Source: an uncultured Gemmatimonadaceae bacterium (GTDB taxonomy: Bacteria > Gemmatimonadota > Gemmatimonadetes > Gemmatimonadales > Gemmatimonadaceae). From it: a stretch of 64,000 nt of DNA. Numbering within the stretch: position 1 is the first letter of the stretch; every line of letters starts with the position of its first letter. Below the pieces are notes generated by a model that was given only the letters and a program-made list of their open reading frames with translations, was not told the DNA's origin and searched no databases. The DNA is taken from assembly GCA_963829055.1 (NCBI GenBank), contig CAWHHI010000003.1:1-64000 (forward strand), given 5' to 3'. Below are positions 1 through 10,528 of this stretch, piece by piece. The translations under genes were made by a program, and so were the position numbers.

Positions 1-673
1 GACCAGTCTGTGCGCGGGGGCCTTGTACGGAACGATGGCGAACTTGTCCAGCGATATACCGAACGCGTTGCCCTGCTTCTCGGCAATGCCGATGACGGTG
101 TAGGGCACGCGGCCGATGCGGATCTCGCGTCCAATGGCAGGAAGGTCCGGGAAGAAATGCTTCCGGGCCTCCTCGCCAATGACGACGACAGGAGTGCCGA
201 GCTCGTACTCCTGGGCGGTTGGCAGGCGTCCCTCGGACACGCCCATGTTCTTGATGTCGAACCAGGCGCCGTCGACGCACTGGATGGTCAGGGTACGCGG
301 CTTCGCATACCGCGACTCCACCGACACCGACGCCGCTTCCCTCGACGGACCAGCGCGCGCTGGGCGGGAGGGAGGCGACGACGACGGGAATGTCATCTTC
401 GGTGATACGGGGGCGACTGCGGAGGGCGCGCCACTCGCTCTCGTCCATGTCGCCCATCTGGATGTTCGGCCGGGACCGGACCTCGAAGGAATTCTTGGTG
501 ATGAGCTTTCCGACGAGGTCGTCTTCCACGTAGCGCCCCACGCCATTGATGATCGAGACGATGGCGATGAGGAACATGACGCCGATGGCGACGCCAATGA
601 GGGTGAAGAAACTCTTGAGCTTCTGCACCCGGATCTGGGCCAGGGCGAGCCTGATGGCTTCGAAAAGAGGCAC
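1..673 (-). CDS. MacB/FtsX-type ABC transporter permease, N-terminal part (runs off the left edge; frameshift near 335)
   Basis: Manual translation from GTG 673: MPLFEAIRLALAQIRVQKLKSFFTLIGVAIGVMFLIAIVS..., then ...VVVIGEEARKHFFP...IGRVPYTVIGIAEKQG (MacB periplasmic domain). Confidence 0.8.
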   Translation of the reverse strand, partial: MPLFEAIRLALAQIRVQKLKSFFTLIGVAIGVMFLIAIVSIINGVGRYVEDDLVGKLITKNSFEVRSRPNIQMGDMDESEWRALRSRPRITEDDIPVVVASLPPSARWSVEGSGVGVGGVAVCEAAYPDHPVRRRRLVRHQEHGRVRGTPANRPGVRARHSCRRHWRGGPEAFLPGPSCHWTRDPHRPRALHRHRHCREAGQRVRYIAGQVRHRSVQGPRAQTG

Positions 674-784
674 GGTCGAATGTTGTGGGCGCGGGGTGCG
701 GAAGGATAGTCCGGCGCCCGTTTCGCCGCGGTATACCGTCGGGACACTACCCTACTTCGTCGGCTGGCTGCTTTGTTTCATCCT

Positions 785-889
785 GTCATCCCGAGCGGCA
801 GCGAGGGACCTGCTGTGGCGTCATCGTAGCAAGACCAGCCACGAGGACATCACAATAGGTCCCTCGTCGCTGTTGCTCCTCGGGATGAC
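785..889. repeat. Palindromic REP element, subtype A (GTCATCCCGAG...CTCGGGATGAC), 105 bp
   Basis: Inverted arms visible; its end overlaps the GIY-YIG stop codon; internal spacer is similar to the copy at 54016. Confidence 0.9.
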
Positions 890-1182
890 TAGTCATACCA
901 GTTTGCGGCCAGGTCCCGCCACGCCGGGTTGTCGCGCTCGATGAGTGCGATCTTCTTCTCACGTCGCCAGCCCTTCAGCTCCTTCTCGCGCGCGATCGCG
1001 CCTCGCGCATGACTGGTCGTCTCGAAGAACACCAGTGAGGTGGTTCGATACTTCGCCGAGAAGCCCCTTATCAACTTTGCGCGGTGCTCCCAGATCCGGC
1101 GCACCAGGTTGTTGGTGACACCGATGTACAATCGCCTGGAGTGGCTTGCGAGGATGTAGACATGGTAGACGCGCCGCCGCAT
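889..1182 (-). CDS. Minimal GIY-YIG nuclease (UPF0213/Ssn-like), flanked by REPs
   Basis: 97 aa with VYILAS...LYIGVTNNLVRRIWEH...AIAREKELKGWRREKKIALIERDNPAWRDL. Confidence 0.9.
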   Translation of the reverse strand: MRRRVYHVYILASHSRRLYIGVTNNLVRRIWEHRAKLIRGFSAKYRTTSLVFFETTSHARGAIAREKELKGWRREKKIALIERDNPAWRDLAANWYD

Positions 1183-1310
1183 GCTCGTTCATCCATACTT
1201 GGAGACTGCTGGTATAGTCAGCGGGGCGCGGCGGGATCTGTCATCACAATGGCGCGTGTGAGACCTTTGTGTCTCTCAACGGCACCACGGCGGACCACCA
1301 GAACGGTCGA

Positions 1311-1359
1311 GCAGGTCCCTCGCTGCCGCTCGGGATGACACGTGCGCTCGGGATGACAC
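1311..1359. repeat. REP right arm with a duplicated terminus (GCTCGGGATGACAC x2)
   Basis: 1311-1340 is the reverse complement of 784-813; the terminal 14-mer repeats at 1328 and 1346. Confidence 0.85.
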
Positions 1360-4300
1360 CACTACGCATCATCACGTTTGGGACGCTCTCCGTGCGCAGC
1401 GACCGGGGCACCGTCGCCGGCGCCGCCGGGCAGCCGCGCCGGCTGGCGCTGCTCGCGCTGCTCGCGCGCGCGGGCGAACGGGGCGTCACGCGTGAGAAGG
1501 TCACGACGCTCCTCTGGCCCGACGCCGACGACGAGAAGTCGCGACGCGCCATCACCCAGGGCATCTACGCCCTCCGGCAGGAGCTCGGCTCCGACGACGC
1601 GATCCTTGGTATCAAGGAGCTGCGCCTGAACCCCGAATTCCTCACGAGCGACGTCTCCGATTTCACCGCCGCAGTCCGCGGTGCGCGACCCGAAGACGCC
1701 GTACGCGTCTACGCCGGCCCGTTTCTCGACGGCTTCCACCTCGCGGGCAACGAGGAGTTCGACCGCTGGGTCGATGCCGAGCAGGCGTCACTCGCACAGG
1801 AGCACGCGGAGGCGCTCGAGCACCTGGCTGTCGCCGCTGACGGCCGCGGCGATCACGGTGCCGCAACCGGATGGTGGCGGCGGTTGTCGGCGAAGGATCC
1901 GCTCAGCGCGCGCTACGCCATGGGCGTCATGCGAGCGCTCATGGCCGCGGGCGACAAGCACGGCGCCCTGGAGCACGCGCGCCTTCACGAGATGCTGCTC
2001 GAGGAACAGCTCGACCTCCCGGCAGACCGCGACGTCGTCGCGCTCGCGGCCCGCATCCGACGCGAGCTGCGCGCAGGCGCGCGGGCCGAGGCAGAGCTGC
2101 AGGCGGCGGCAGTGGCGGAGGCAGCGGTCGCGGTGGAAGAACCGCCGCACGTCAGCAGCAGTGTGGACGCGACGATGCCTAACGTGGAGGTGATGCCGCC
2201 GGCCACGAGCGAGCCTCCGCTTCCACCGCCGGAACGCGCCGAGGCGCGCGTCATCGACGACGTCGTTCCGGCTCTGGCATCGCCCCCCATCGCCACTTCT
2301 GCCGTCGCGTCTGCGCCGCCACGTGGCCGACGCCCGCGCCAGATCGCGCTCGTTGGCGCGGCGATCGCCGTGGTCGTCGTCACGGCGGCCATCGCCTTCG
2401 TCACCCGTGCACAACGTGCTACGGACGCCGACACCATCCCGCTCGTCGCCGTTGGACGCATCACCGATTACAGCACGACACCCAATCGGCGGATCGGGCC
2501 GCCCCTCACTGACCTCCTGTCGACGAGCCTCGCGCGCGCCCGCGGGATGCGCGTCGTGAGTGGCGCGCGGATGCTGGAGCTCATCCGCCGAACGTCCGCC
2601 GACGGGGACACCAGTGCCGGAGCCATTCTCGCCGCGGCGCGACTGGCGGGCGCGACGGAGCTCGTCGACGGGACTGTCTATGCTCGGCCAGACGGACGAC
2701 TGCGTCTCGACCTCCGCCGCGTGGCCATCAGGAACGGCGACATCATCGACGCACAATCGGTCGAAGGGCCCGATCTCTTCGCGCTCGTCGACAGCGGCAC
2801 CGCCCGGCTGGTCGCCGTGCACGGCGGCACCCCGCTCGGTTCTGTCGCAGGCGTCACGACTCGCTCGGTGGCGGCATACAGCCTGTACGCGCAGGGACTC
2901 CGCGCCAACGCTGACGGCGATGTCGCGAGCGCGCGCCGACTGTTCGGCGCGGCAATGGAGGAGGATTCGTCGTTCGCGATGGCGGCGTACCAGTATGGTC
3001 GCCTCGCGACGAGTCGCGCGGAGCTCGTTGCCGGGCTCGCGCGCGCGCTTCGACTCTCCGCAGGCGCCACGGATCACGAACGCCTCAGTATCCGAGCGGG
3101 ATGGGCGTGGACGATGTCGGCAGGAGAGCTGGGAGCGCTGGCCGACTCGCTCGTGGCCCTGTACCCGCAGGAGACACAGGGCCACCTCTTCAAAGGCATC
3201 GCGCGGCTACAGGACGGCGATTTTCTCGGCGCGGTCGGACCGCTCGAGCGCGTCGTCTCCATGGATTCGCTCTCCTTCACGCGAGCGGACAGCGCGGTCG
3301 ACTGCGACGCCTGCAGCGCGATGGGTCAGCTGGTGCTGAATTACGAGCTCGCCGATTCGCTCGAGGCGGCCGAGCGTGAGGCGCGCCGCTGGATCCGACT
3401 CGAACCGGCGAGTGCGCTGCCGTGGCTCAGTCTCTGGGACGTACTGGAACGGTCGGGAAAGTTCGCCGAGGCGGAACGCGTGTCGGCGCGCATCCGACAG
3501 ATCGATCGAGATGGCATTGGGTACACGGGTCGAATCGCCGGCAACGCCATTCGCACGGGCAACTTCGAGTTGGCGGATCGTGTGCTGCGCGCCGCGATTC
3601 AGAGTGGAACGCTGGACGCGCAGACCAACGCCCTGTGGGACTTGGGCCTCTCCCTCCGGCATCAGGGACGCATAGCCGAAGCGATCGACGTGGGACGACG
3701 CTATCGCGTGTTGGCCGATCGCGCTGAAGGGCTGACGGCAGGGGAGGTGTCGGTGTCGGTCCGTCCGCTCGCGCAGTCGCTGTTCGACGCCGGGCGTTAT
3801 CGCGAGGCCGCGGCGCTGTTCGACTCCAGCGCCGCCTGGCGCACGCGCGAGGAGATCCCGTCGGGGTTGGCGGGCGAGCGAGCATGGAGCCTCGCGCACG
3901 CGGCTCGGTCATGGGCGGCGGCAGGCGACACGAGTACGCTCACCGTGCGCGCCGACACCATCACGTCGGTCGCGATCCTGAGCAACAGCGCGCGCGACAG
4001 GCGATTGCCGTCGTACATCCGCGGGCTTCTCTTCCTCGCGCGAAACGACATCCCGAACGCCATCTCGGCCATCCGTAGCTCGCTCTACTCGCTGCCGGCG
4101 GGCTACACCCGCGAGAACTACGACCTGGCCCGCGCCCAACTCCGCGTGGGCAGGGCACGCGACGCGGTCGCGGTGCTTCAGCCGATCATGCGCGGCAAGC
4201 TCGATGCGTCCAACATGTACGTGACGCAGACCGAGGCGCACGAGCTGCTGGCGCAGGCGTGGGAAGCGGCCGGTCGAGCCGATAGCGCGTCGGCCCATTA

Positions 4301-4490
4301 CGAGCGCGTTGCGCGCGCCTGGGAACACGGCGATCCGGCCTACGCGAAGCGGGCCGAGGACGCGAGGCGGCGCGTCTCCCGGTCGGTTAGCGGCGATAAA
4401 TCCGCCGCCGGCGAGTGCGCGCGGGTGCGTCGCACGCGCCCGGTTTCCCTACTGAAGAGTCATACGGCCAACGACTTAGCGGCGTGTTGA
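1353..4490 (+). CDS. SARP/BTAD-domain transcriptional regulator with TM segment, TolB-N-like and TPR regions
   Basis: LRIITFGTLSV...RRLALLALLA...LLWPDAD...YAGPFLDGF...FDRWVD, hydrophobic TM, TPR-like helices; the true 3' end may be near 4390. Confidence 0.8.
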   Translation: MTPLRIITFGTLSVRSDRGTVAGAAGQPRRLALLALLARAGERGVTREKVTTLLWPDADDEKSRRAITQGIYALRQELGSDDAILGIKELRLNPEFLTSDVSDFTAAVRGARPEDAVRVYAGPFLDGFHLAGNEEFDRWVDAEQASLAQEHAEALEHLAVAADGRGDHGAATGWWRRLSAKDPLSARYAMGVMRALMAAGDKHGALEHARLHEMLLEEQLDLPADRDVVALAARIRRELRAGARAEAELQAAAVAEAAVAVEEPPHVSSSVDATMPNVEVMPPATSEPPLPPPERAEARVIDDVVPALASPPIATSAVASAPPRGRRPRQIALVGAAIAVVVVTAAIAFVTRAQRATDADTIPLVAVGRITDYSTTPNRRIGPPLTDLLSTSLARARGMRVVSGARMLELIRRTSADGDTSAGAILAAARLAGATELVDGTVYARPDGRLRLDLRRVAIRNGDIIDAQSVEGPDLFALVDSGTARLVAVHGGTPLGSVAGVTTRSVAAYSLYAQGLRANADGDVASARRLFGAAMEEDSSFAMAAYQYGRLATSRAELVAGLARALRLSAGATDHERLSIRAGWAWTMSAGELGALADSLVALYPQETQGHLFKGIARLQDGDFLGAVGPLERVVSMDSLSFTRADSAVDCDACSAMGQLVLNYELADSLEAAEREARRWIRLEPASALPWLSLWDVLERSGKFAEAERVSARIRQIDRDGIGYTGRIAGNAIRTGNFELADRVLRAAIQSGTLDAQTNALWDLGLSLRHQGRIAEAIDVGRRYRVLADRAEGLTAGEVSVSVRPLAQSLFDAGRYREAAALFDSSAAWRTREEIPSGLAGERAWSLAHAARSWAAAGDTSTLTVRADTITSVAILSNSARDRRLPSYIRGLLFLARNDIPNAISAIRSSLYSLPAGYTRENYDLARAQLRVGRARDAVAVLQPIMRGKLDASNMYVTQTEAHELLAQAWEAAGRADSASAHYERVARAWEHGDPAYAKRAEDARRRVSRSVSGDKSAAGECARVRRTRPVSLLKSHTANDLAAC

Positions 4491-4630
4491 CAGTCCGTTG
4501 ATCCGTGGCCTACTCGGCTTCCTAAGCTCCCTGTCACAAGCCGATCGAGCCGGCGCGCGGCGATCCCCGCTGCCTGGCACCGCTCGTGGCAACTCGACAT
4601 AGAGGACGCTTGAGCGTCCGGGAGCTACAA

Positions 4631-5671
4631 ATGACTTCCTACCTTCTGAAAGGCGTTCGGTCCGTTGGAGTGCTCGGTGCACTCGTCGCGTCGGCCGCCC
4701 TCGCCGCTTGCACGCAGGACCAGCCCACGGCGCCGACGGTGAACGCGCCAACCGATGCTTCGGCCTCGATCGGAGGATTGCCGGGGTTGACCTGCTTGCC
4801 GAGATGCGCGCCGGTCGTCGGACAGATCGCGTACGTGAGAGCTGATCCGAACGAGAAGTACCTGGGCCACATCTGGATCATGAACGCGGATACTACCGGC
4901 AAGACACAGATCACGTTCGGCAGCGGCGATGATGACTACCCCGCGTGGTCGGCCGACTACAAGAAGGTGGTGTTCTCGACGAATCGTCGCGGTAGCTACG
5001 AGCTGTTCGTCGTGAACGCCGATGGCACGGGGCTCATGCCACTGACGAACACCGTCAATGGCTCGCGTGATGAATACCCGTCGTGGACACCCGACGGAAC
5101 CGAAGATCTACTTCACGCGGTACGGTGATCAATCCGGCCGCGAACGCATGGCGCTCGGAGATCTACTCGGTGAACGCCGACGGCAGCGGGCCTGACGAGG
5201 GTGTCGAACGACCGCGCGAACCTGTACGATACCAGCCGTGTCGCCCGACGGGAAGAAGCTCGCCGTGACCAGACTGGCCAGCGGGTCGTGGGCCGATGCC
5301 CGTATCGTCACGATGAATATCGAACGGGACGGGCACCGACGCTGCTGACATCCAACGCGAAGGGCGACGGCAACCCGGCATGGGCGCCTAACGGCACCAA
5401 GCTGGTGTTCACCTGTAACATCGGCTACGTGACCGATCGCGACATCTGCGTCGTGAACGCGGACGGTACGGGCCGCACAGCCATCGTCACGACCGCTGGT
5501 GAGCAGGCAGTCCCGACCTTCTCGCGCGATGCAAGCCGCATCGTGTTCGGGTCGTTCGCTCAGAGCCCGAATGGTCGCCTCATCTCGATCAAGCCGGACG
5601 GGACAGGCGCGGTTCAACTCGAGTCGGATCTCGATCCCATGGCGTACTACAGCCCGGCGTGGTCGCGGTGA
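4631..5671 (+). CDS. TolB-like (PD40) beta-propeller lipoprotein, frameshifted
   Basis: Lipobox ALAAC; repeats YPAWSADYKKVVF, YPSWTPDG, PAWAPNGTKLVF, PTFSRD, SPAWS spread over several frames. Confidence 0.75.
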
Positions 5672-5733
5672 GCCTTCTGTAGCGCTGACGCACGGCGTCG
5701 TTAGGCGCCGAGATGGTCGGTAAATGTCGTGAG

Positions 5734-5758
5734 GGGCGGCCCGCGCTGCGGGCCGCCC
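5734..5758. terminator. GC hairpin between convergent genes
   Basis: GGGCGGCCCGC-gct-GCGGGCCGCCC. Confidence 0.55.
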
Positions 5759-5773
5759 TTCCGCCATCGGAGA

Positions 5774-6748
5774 CTACGCCGTGCGCCGCCCATGCGCGCG
5801 AGCTCCGCTTCGGCGGCGATGTACCCGAACGCGCCCCACTGGCCGCCGGCCAGGATGCGCCGGAACACCTGCTCTGCCTGTGCGCGACGGCCGTTATAGA
5901 GGTGCCAGTTCCCGATGCCGTACGCGCCGGTCGCGTCGGTGACCGACATCTCCCCCGTCGGCCCGACCGCGAGCACCGAATCGGGTGACAGCTCGCCCTT
6001 GTACATGAGAAGCAGGCGGTGATACGTGTCGTTCTCGATGACGTTCATGTCGCGGCGGATCGGCACGAGGACTTCGGCTGCTTCCTTGTCGCGCCCGAGC
6101 CGGCGGAGACTCATGTACAGCCAGTGCGCCGTGGAGACGCGCCGGTCGTCGTTCCGTGCATCGGCCATCTCGCGACGATACACGGGCAGCGCACGGGCGA
6201 AGTCGCCCTGCAGGTAGTACGCGAGTGCCAGGTGGTAGGCGATGTTCGATTGCAGCGTCCCGATCGGCATGTTGCGCGCGTTAGGCTGGCCGTCCGGCTC
6301 GACCTCGTCGGGCTTGCCTTGCGTCAGTTCCGTCGCCCGCTCGAGATCCCGCGCCGCGCGATCGAGCTCACGCACCGAGATATAGCGGTGGCCGCGGTGG
6401 CGATACAGCCACGGGTTGTCGGGGTAGAGCGCGATCCCGCGCGAGAAGACGTCGATCGCCTCGCGGATCCGCCCGAGGTAGGCCAGCCGGCGGCCGTACC
6501 AGATGAGCGAGTCGGCATTCGTGGGCGCATGGTCCAGAGCCGTCTTCGCTTCGGCGAGCTGCTTCTCGTACCGTGCTCGCGTTTCGGCGCCGAGTGGCAG
6601 GGTGCGGAGCGTGTCGCCGAGGAACGGAGATGGCCTGCGCGCCAGGCGGCGGCGCGGCTGGTGAATGCGGTTCAGGGGCGCTGGCGCAGCCCGCGAGCAG
6701 GATGGCGAGCAGGGCGGATCGGGTACGGTACACGGCGCGGTCATCCAC
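5774..6748 (-). CDS. TPR-repeat lipoprotein (frameshift near 6625; ends approximate)
   Basis: Signal LLAILLAGC in one frame, TPR body (LIWYGRRLAYLGRIREAIDVFSRG, LYRHRGHRYIS) in ORF 5701..6831. Confidence 0.7.
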
Positions 6749-6825
6749 GGTTTTGTATCGCTCGAAGGTATCGCGGTGACGGCGGCGCGGTAGCGGGCGC
6801 GCGCCGCGAGTGTAGAATCGAGCCC

Positions 6826-9123
6826 ATGCACTCGACCTCACCCCGCCGCGCCGCGCTGACTGTCGTCGCGCTGTTCCTGTTGTGTGCCGTGCTCGTTAGG
6901 GACGCTGCCACTCCTCCAGCGCCCGCCGCCGCCACCGCGCCGGCTACCGAATTCTCGGCTGAGCGTGCGCTGGCGCACGTGCGCGAGATCGCGCAGCGTC
7001 CGCACCCCGCGGGCAGCGCGGACAACGCGCGCGTTCGCGACTACCTGATCGCGCAGCTCCGCGCGCTCGGGCTCGAGCCCCAGGTACAGGAGGCGACGGG
7101 CGTCGGCACGCGCTATCCGGAGGCCGGCCGTATCCGCAACGTGCTCGCTCGCCTTCCCGGGCGCTCGCCGGGTGGGCCCGCGGTGGTGTTGATGGCGCAC
7201 TACGACGGCGTCGCCGGAGGCCCTGCCGCGGGCGATGACGCAGCCGGGTCGGCCGCGATCCTCGAGACGGTCCGCGCGTTGCGCGCCGGGCCGCCACTCG
7301 CGCACGACGTGATCATCGCGATCACCGACGGCGAAGAGGCCGGGCTGCTCGGCGCCGCCGCGTTCGTGCGCGAGCATCCGTGGGCCAGGGATGTCGGCGT
7401 CACGCTCAACTTCGAGGCGCGCGGGACGACGGGCCGGTCGTACATGTTCGAGACCGGTCCCGGCAACCTCGATGTCGCCCGCGTGCTGCGGAACGTCCGC
7501 GACCTGTCGGCGACGTCGCTGTCGGTCACCGTGTACCGCACGCTGCCTAACGACACAGACCTGTCCGAGATGGCGGTGCTCGGAAAGCCCGCGCTCAACT
7601 TCGCGTTCGCCGATGGCGTCGAGCGCTACCACACCGCCCACGACGACGTCGCGCACCTGAACCCTGGCAGCCTGCAGCATCACGGCGCGCAGATGCTGAC
7701 GCTCGCCCGCGCGTTCGGCGACGGGCCGCTCCCGCGCCCGACGACGGGCGATGCCGTGTTCTTCGACATGCCACTCATGGGTCTCATTGTGTACCCGGAG
7801 GGTTGGGCGTTGCCGATCACGATCGTGGCGGTGCTGCTCGCGCTGGCTGCGGTGGTTCGGGCGCGACGCAACGGCGAGGGCTCGTGGCGCGATGTCGTCC
7901 TTGGCGCGCTTGGTACCGTCATCGCGGCCGCACTCAGCGGCGCTGTGGCGTACGCCTCGGGGAGTGTGATCACGCGGGTCCATACCGCGGCCGGCTGGGG
8001 CGGCGCGCCGGCGTTTCGCGGCATCTACGCCGCGGCGATCGCCGTGCTGGCACTGGCGGTGGCGCTCGCCTGCTGGCGCATCGTGAGGTACGTCGCGGGC
8101 GTGGTCGGGGCGCATGTCGGGGTACTCGTGGTATGGGCGGCCATCACGCTCTTCGTGACGGTGCGGTTGCCGGGCGTCAGCTTCATGTTCGTGTGGCCAC
8201 TCGTGGCCGGCGCGATCGCATCGCTCATGACACGCACGCGACCCGCCGCCGGCAGGCGCCTAACGCCGACCGCCGGCTCCGACGTCGCGCTGTGGGGCGC
8301 GACGATCGTCGCGGCGGCGGTGGTCGTGCCGATCGTGTACGCGGTGAGCGCCGTCATGCTGGGCGCCGTCGGGCCGGGGGGCATCGCGGTCGGTGTGGTC
8401 GTGGCGTTGCTCGCCTGGCTGCTCGCGCCGCAGCTCGAGGCGCTGGGCGGCAGTCACTGGACCGCCTCCGGCGCGGCACTCGCCGCGGGACTCGTACTGA
8501 CCGCGACCGGGATGGCGACAGTTCGCAGCTCGCCAGATCATCCCACGCCATCCGTGCTCGCGTATGCACTCGATGCCGACAGCACCAATGCGTGGACGGT
8601 CGCACGCGGAGCGACCGCGAGTCAGCTCACGGTATTGAGGTCGCCACAGCAAAGTCCGCCGGCATGGCTGTCACGCACGTTCGGCAGCGGACCGTTGACG
8701 CTGTACGGCACGGGCACGCGCCTGGTACTCGGGGCGCCGCTCGCGACCGTGATCGCGGATTCGACCGCGGCCGGCGAGCGACGCCTCGTGCTTCGCATTC
8801 GGCCGCCGGCGGGGACGGAGACGATCAGCATGCACGCGAACGAGACCCGCGTGCTCCGCTCGTCCATCGACGGTCGCGCGATCGACACGGCGCGATACCG
8901 GAGTAGCGTTAGGTTCTGGCGGCTGGACTACACGGCGCCCCCGGATTCCGGTATCACACTCGGCCTCACCGTACCCGCCGGCAGTTCCGTTTCGCTCGAC
9001 GTGCTCGCGCGCTCGCCCGGTATCCCGGCGGCGGCGAACGTTCAGCCGACGCGAACGGCGGACGTCGTCACGGCCCAGACCGGCGACGTCACCGTCGTGC
9101 ATAGAACGCTCTTCATCCAGTAG
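6826..9123 (+). CDS. Membrane-bound M28 family metallopeptidase
   Basis: LMAHYDG, GDDAAG, TDGEEAGLLGA, NFEARG, NDTD, YHTAHDD motifs followed by multiple TM helices. Confidence 0.9.
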   Translation: MHSTSPRRAALTVVALFLLCAVLVRDAATPPAPAAATAPATEFSAERALAHVREIAQRPHPAGSADNARVRDYLIAQLRALGLEPQVQEATGVGTRYPEAGRIRNVLARLPGRSPGGPAVVLMAHYDGVAGGPAAGDDAAGSAAILETVRALRAGPPLAHDVIIAITDGEEAGLLGAAAFVREHPWARDVGVTLNFEARGTTGRSYMFETGPGNLDVARVLRNVRDLSATSLSVTVYRTLPNDTDLSEMAVLGKPALNFAFADGVERYHTAHDDVAHLNPGSLQHHGAQMLTLARAFGDGPLPRPTTGDAVFFDMPLMGLIVYPEGWALPITIVAVLLALAAVVRARRNGEGSWRDVVLGALGTVIAAALSGAVAYASGSVITRVHTAAGWGGAPAFRGIYAAAIAVLALAVALACWRIVRYVAGVVGAHVGVLVVWAAITLFVTVRLPGVSFMFVWPLVAGAIASLMTRTRPAAGRRLTPTAGSDVALWGATIVAAAVVVPIVYAVSAVMLGAVGPGGIAVGVVVALLAWLLAPQLEALGGSHWTASGAALAAGLVLTATGMATVRSSPDHPTPSVLAYALDADSTNAWTVARGATASQLTVLRSPQQSPPAWLSRTFGSGPLTLYGTGTRLVLGAPLATVIADSTAAGERRLVLRIRPPAGTETISMHANETRVLRSSIDGRAIDTARYRSSVRFWRLDYTAPPDSGITLGLTVPAGSSVSLDVLARSPGIPAAANVQPTRTADVVTAQTGDVTVVHRTLFIQ

Positions 9124-9361
9124 CGCCCGCCGGTAGCGCCCGCGCGATGGCCGCGACTCGCCGCCATCGCGCGGTGACACGGTCAGGCGACGGGCGAGCT
9201 GCCATTCGGTGTGGCAAGCCGCTGATACCGGCAGGTCCCACATCGACGACACGCATCGCGTGTCGTCATTCGAATGTTGGGGCCGCGCGCTCCGCGGTGC
9301 AGAGTCGGGGGTCTCGAACAACACCCGAGCACTACCCGTCTCGCATCAGGAGCGTCGCCCT

Positions 9362-10330
9362 ATGTATCGCCGCATCTGTACGCTGTGTCTCGTCGCGCTA
9401 TCGACCGCCGCCTGCGCGGCCGATACCGCCACTGCGCCACTCGCCTCGCCGCCGGGGTCCGCGTCGAGAAGCAACTCCAACGGTGAAGGAGATGAGGCGA
9501 GCGCTGCCGCGCATCTGGATCTTCGGGCCGTTCGGGCCGAGTTGCTTGCGGTCGACCGCGCGTACGCCGAAGCGGCGAAGTCGGTCAATCTGATCGACGC
9601 GCTCGTCGCGCCGCTCGCGCCACAGGGCGTGTTCCTCGCACCGGGTCCGGTTTTCACGCGTGGGCCGGCTGCCGTGCGAGCGCTGCTCTCGGCGACACCG
9701 AGCAACGCGACGTCGAAGTTCGGGTGGACTGCCATCCGTGTGGATGTGTCGTCGGACGGCAAGGAGGGATACACCGTCGGTTACTCGGAGCTGACGCTGG
9801 CGTCCGGCGCGGTCGTGCCGGGACGCTACCTCTCGTACTGGGTGAAGCAGGCCGATGGCACATGGAAGATCGAAGCGTACAAGCGACTCACGCGCGTACC
9901 CGGTCCGGTGTCGCTCACGCCGCCGCCGGGGTTCGAGACGCCGGATGACAAGCATCGCCGGTACTTCCCGAACACCGACCCGACTGCGGAAGCAAACGCC
10001 GCGGCGGCGGCCGATCTGGCGTTCAGCGACCTCGCGCAGGTGGTCGGCAACTCGGAAGCGTTCGCGCGTTATGCGGCGCCGACGGGCATGCAGTCTGGCG
10101 CGGGCGCGAGCGTCGGCTGGGAGTTCGGCCGCGAGGCGATTTTCGCGGCCCGTGCCGGCGACGCGTTAGGCGCGTTCAGCTGGACCCCGGTCATCGCCCA
10201 CGCGGCGTCGAGTGGCGACATGGCCTTCACGGTCGGCTGGGTCTTCAACGCCGCCGGCCAGACGCTCGGCAAGTATTTCTCGGTGTGGCAGAAACAGAAC
10301 ACAGGGGAGTGGCTCTACGTCGTAGACTGA
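9362..10330 (+). CDS. Lipoprotein with two NTF2/SnoaL-like (DUF4440) domains
   Basis: Signal ...STAAC; two repeats ending SSDGKEGYTVG..GRYLSYWVKQADGTWK and SSGDMAFTVG..GKYFSVWQKQNTGEW; AGGAG RBS. Confidence 0.7.
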   Translation: MYRRICTLCLVALSTAACAADTATAPLASPPGSASRSNSNGEGDEASAAAHLDLRAVRAELLAVDRAYAEAAKSVNLIDALVAPLAPQGVFLAPGPVFTRGPAAVRALLSATPSNATSKFGWTAIRVDVSSDGKEGYTVGYSELTLASGAVVPGRYLSYWVKQADGTWKIEAYKRLTRVPGPVSLTPPPGFETPDDKHRRYFPNTDPTAEANAAAAADLAFSDLAQVVGNSEAFARYAAPTGMQSGAGASVGWEFGREAIFAARAGDALGAFSWTPVIAHAASSGDMAFTVGWVFNAAGQTLGKYFSVWQKQNTGEWLYVVD

Positions 10331-10345
10331 TCGACGACGGACGGC

Positions 10346-10454
10346 GCTGGTTGCTGGGTGTGGGTGCTTGTTGCTGGGTGACGCTGGGTGCCAGCTGGGC
10401 GCGGCCGGTCACTCAGCGTCACCCAGCCACCAGCACGACCACCCAGCAACCAGC
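10346..10454. repeat. GCTGGGT-rich long imperfect palindrome, copy 1
   Basis: GCTGGTTGCTGGGTG...CACCCAGCAACCAGC; second copy at 19617-19714. Confidence 0.85.
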
Positions 10455-10528
10455 TGCGCGCTCTGCTAGCTGAAACGTTCCGCCGAGTGCTACCGTACCG
10501 CCTAGGACTTCCCCTCTGCACCTAGGCT

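Noticed and set aside
6019..6825. Long N-terminal extension of the M28 peptidase, and other long antisense ORFs in the track
   Set aside because: These are shadow ORFs of real genes on the opposite strand, expected at high GC
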